In this document: piece after piece, positions 61,913 through 64,000 of the stretch
Numbering within the stretch: position 1 is the first letter of the stretch
Layout: each line of letters starts with the position of its first letter
Origin: Hydrolagus affinis
Lineage: Eukaryota
Length of the DNA: 64,000 nucleotides
Assembly (NCBI GenBank): GCA_012026655.1
Contig: JAAILG010000524.1
Location: 1 to 64,000, forward strand
Reading direction: 5' to 3'
Notes under the pieces: generated by a model
What the model was told of the DNA's origin: nothing
Databases searched by the model: none
The model's input: the letters and a program-made list of their open reading frames with translations, nothing else
Made by a program: the position numbers and the translations under genes

Positions 61913-64000
61913 TGTTCACACATACACCAATGTAAGGATTATTATTGGTACAGAACTCCCCCTGCTGACCCCATACAGATATGGCAGGGCCAATTTATTT
62001 CTATTCTCACTCAAGATAGAAATATAAGACGATCGCACCGTGATTGCGATCACCAAACAGGTGGAAATTAAGTTAGTTTTATCTGGAAAATCACCTTGCT
62101 TCCAAAGTTACCTGCACCCACCCGCACGCACCCACTTACACACACAAACTATTAGGCAATCACACAGACAAGCAGACAGATTCATGCATGCACACACAGG
62201 CACAGACAAACGCATAATCACAATCCGGACCTTGTGAACCCATCCCATCCTATTCTTTGGGACAACAGAAGAGAGCTCCACATTACCACGCTGGTGCAAT
62301 CGCATTCATCAGAATGAAATCACATTCATAAAATGGAATCAAGCCTTTCAACACTAAAGCATGTACTTTATCAGATTCTTTCTTTCTACCAGGGGTCAGC
62401 AAGAATCACTCCGCAGGCAAGGTTTTACATTACGTAACATGAAGAAAGTGACACAGGGACAAAGTACGACAGGATATCTTGCAGAACTGAAGCTGTGCAT
62501 CTTCACATGCAGGACTCATGCCATTTGTACACGACTGTTTAAACCATCCGCGACGCTGAGCAAAATCAATACTCTTTCCTCACCAGCATGGCTGGCCTGG
62601 ATCTCAGATACCAGCTGCTACAGTAGATAAACAAATGAACCAGTTTACAATGGCCAAGTGTTAGCGTGGAAGAAAAGGCTGTGTACAGTTCACACTCGAG
62701 CGCGCTTAATTCAACCTATCAAGTTTCTCGTGGACAGGGGGAATAGATTAACTGTTTATGAAAGAACAAACAAGGTGCCCAATTCTGAGTATAACGCTCT
62801 CGAGACATCTGATATTCCACCAGTGGCATGCACGTAGGGACAGGAGAAAACTGGAACAAACATTATAATCAACATGACCGATAAATGTTCCTGCCATCTT
62901 GCTCCATTAGTTACAGGTGGAGAGACAGTGTTACGAACGCAGTTCCCAAAATTAATACAGGGTTTATGTGGCCCTCTTAGCTCTCTAAATAATCAAACTC
63001 GGGTTCAGAGAGAGTCAGTCCTAGATTAAATCCAGAGTCTTTTACAATTCAATAGACTTTTCATAATGAGCAGCACATAAAACCTCTTGTAAATCCTAAA
63101 AGATAGTTTCTTCTCTGCGGATTTAAAACGCACATCTTCCCATGGTGTTACTAGGGGAGTCGAATTCCGACAGAACTAAACAAGGGGACTGATTTTATGA
63201 TTCGAACGGACTGATGAGGAGTTACTCGATTAACAAGACAGACCTCTGGCTCGCACTGCGTTTTTGTGTGTGTACAAAATCACATCCTATTCTTAATGTT
63301 TAGAATGTTAAAGCTCTCGCTGTACGCTCCGCAGGGTACCAGAGACTGACTGCATCTCTCCAATCCGCCCCTACTCGCACACAAATATAATAGGTAGATT
63401 TGTGAAAGAGTTACCTTGGAAACCGGTTGACTCACGCTCGTTCCATCTGACTCTTATGGAGAAGTCACCGCTGAAGTCAAACAAACGCATTCTTAATATA
63501 GAATGGGACACGGAAACACAGGGGGCTTTTGTTTCACTCTCAGTACAATGCTGATTTCCGAATGCCCTTTGAATCCACAAAAGTAATAACGTGCAATCGG
63601 CCTCTGGAAAGCGGCAAATGATTTCCGAGATGATCAGATGGATTTTTAAAAGCATTCAAGTCATTTCTTGAAAGCGAAATTGGTGCGTTTATCTGCAGGC
63701 CCCAAAATAATATTTCGGGGCTGAAAAGCAGCTGGTTATATGGGCCAATTTATATTCAGCACTTTGAATTTCACAACGATTGTGTTTGCAATACATTTAA
63801 GTCCACAAATATTCAATGATGATAGCACAGCATCAAATCCACGGCTATGTTCTGATACATGTAAATTGTCCCCAGGTCTCAATTTTACTCCTCACGTAAT
63901 CAGTTATAGTATCAGACATCTCAACGAATAAAATCCTATTTAAGTAACACGCTGCCATAGGCACTGCAACACCAGTCACCTCTATTGCCACTATCCAAAG

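Noticed and set aside
63415-63470. Minus-strand micro-exon GDFSIRVRWNE, superficially Ig-like
   Set aside because: Too short, lacks the Ig D-x-G-x-Y-x-C context, and is not phase-compatible with the next candidate exon.
1-64000. CRISPR-like array suggested by recurring short repeats
   Set aside because: Repeats are irregularly spaced, on both strands and diverged; they are SINE/LINE tails in eukaryotic DNA, with no cas genes.

Overview
AT-rich vertebrate genomic DNA with no recognisable protein-coding gene, rRNA, true tRNA gene or CRISPR array. It looks like a large intron or gene desert. The repeat content suggests a cartilaginous fish, probably a chimaera such as Callorhinchus; this is inferred from remembered repeat consensus sequences, not from a search. 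Repeats include a young tRNA-derived SINE (about 300 bp, (ATT)n tail), older DeuSINE (SacSINE1/AmnSINE1-like) copies, a second ancient SINE, L2 and CR1 LINE fragments, and many isolated 50-70 bp L2 3' tails. Between the repeats lie several repeat-free blocks dense in developmental transcription-factor motifs, which are candidate conserved enhancers. The most unusual object is a ~1.05 kb non-coding composite retroelement at 24727-25783 (minus strand): a CpG-rich head, two tandem SINE-core copies and an L2 tail ending in (GATT)n. Also notable are nested and chimeric SINE/L2 insertions and a near-perfect 54/55 bp direct repeat at 54038 and 54674. I did not find a convincing new gene system. Repeat boundaries were set by eye and are approximate.
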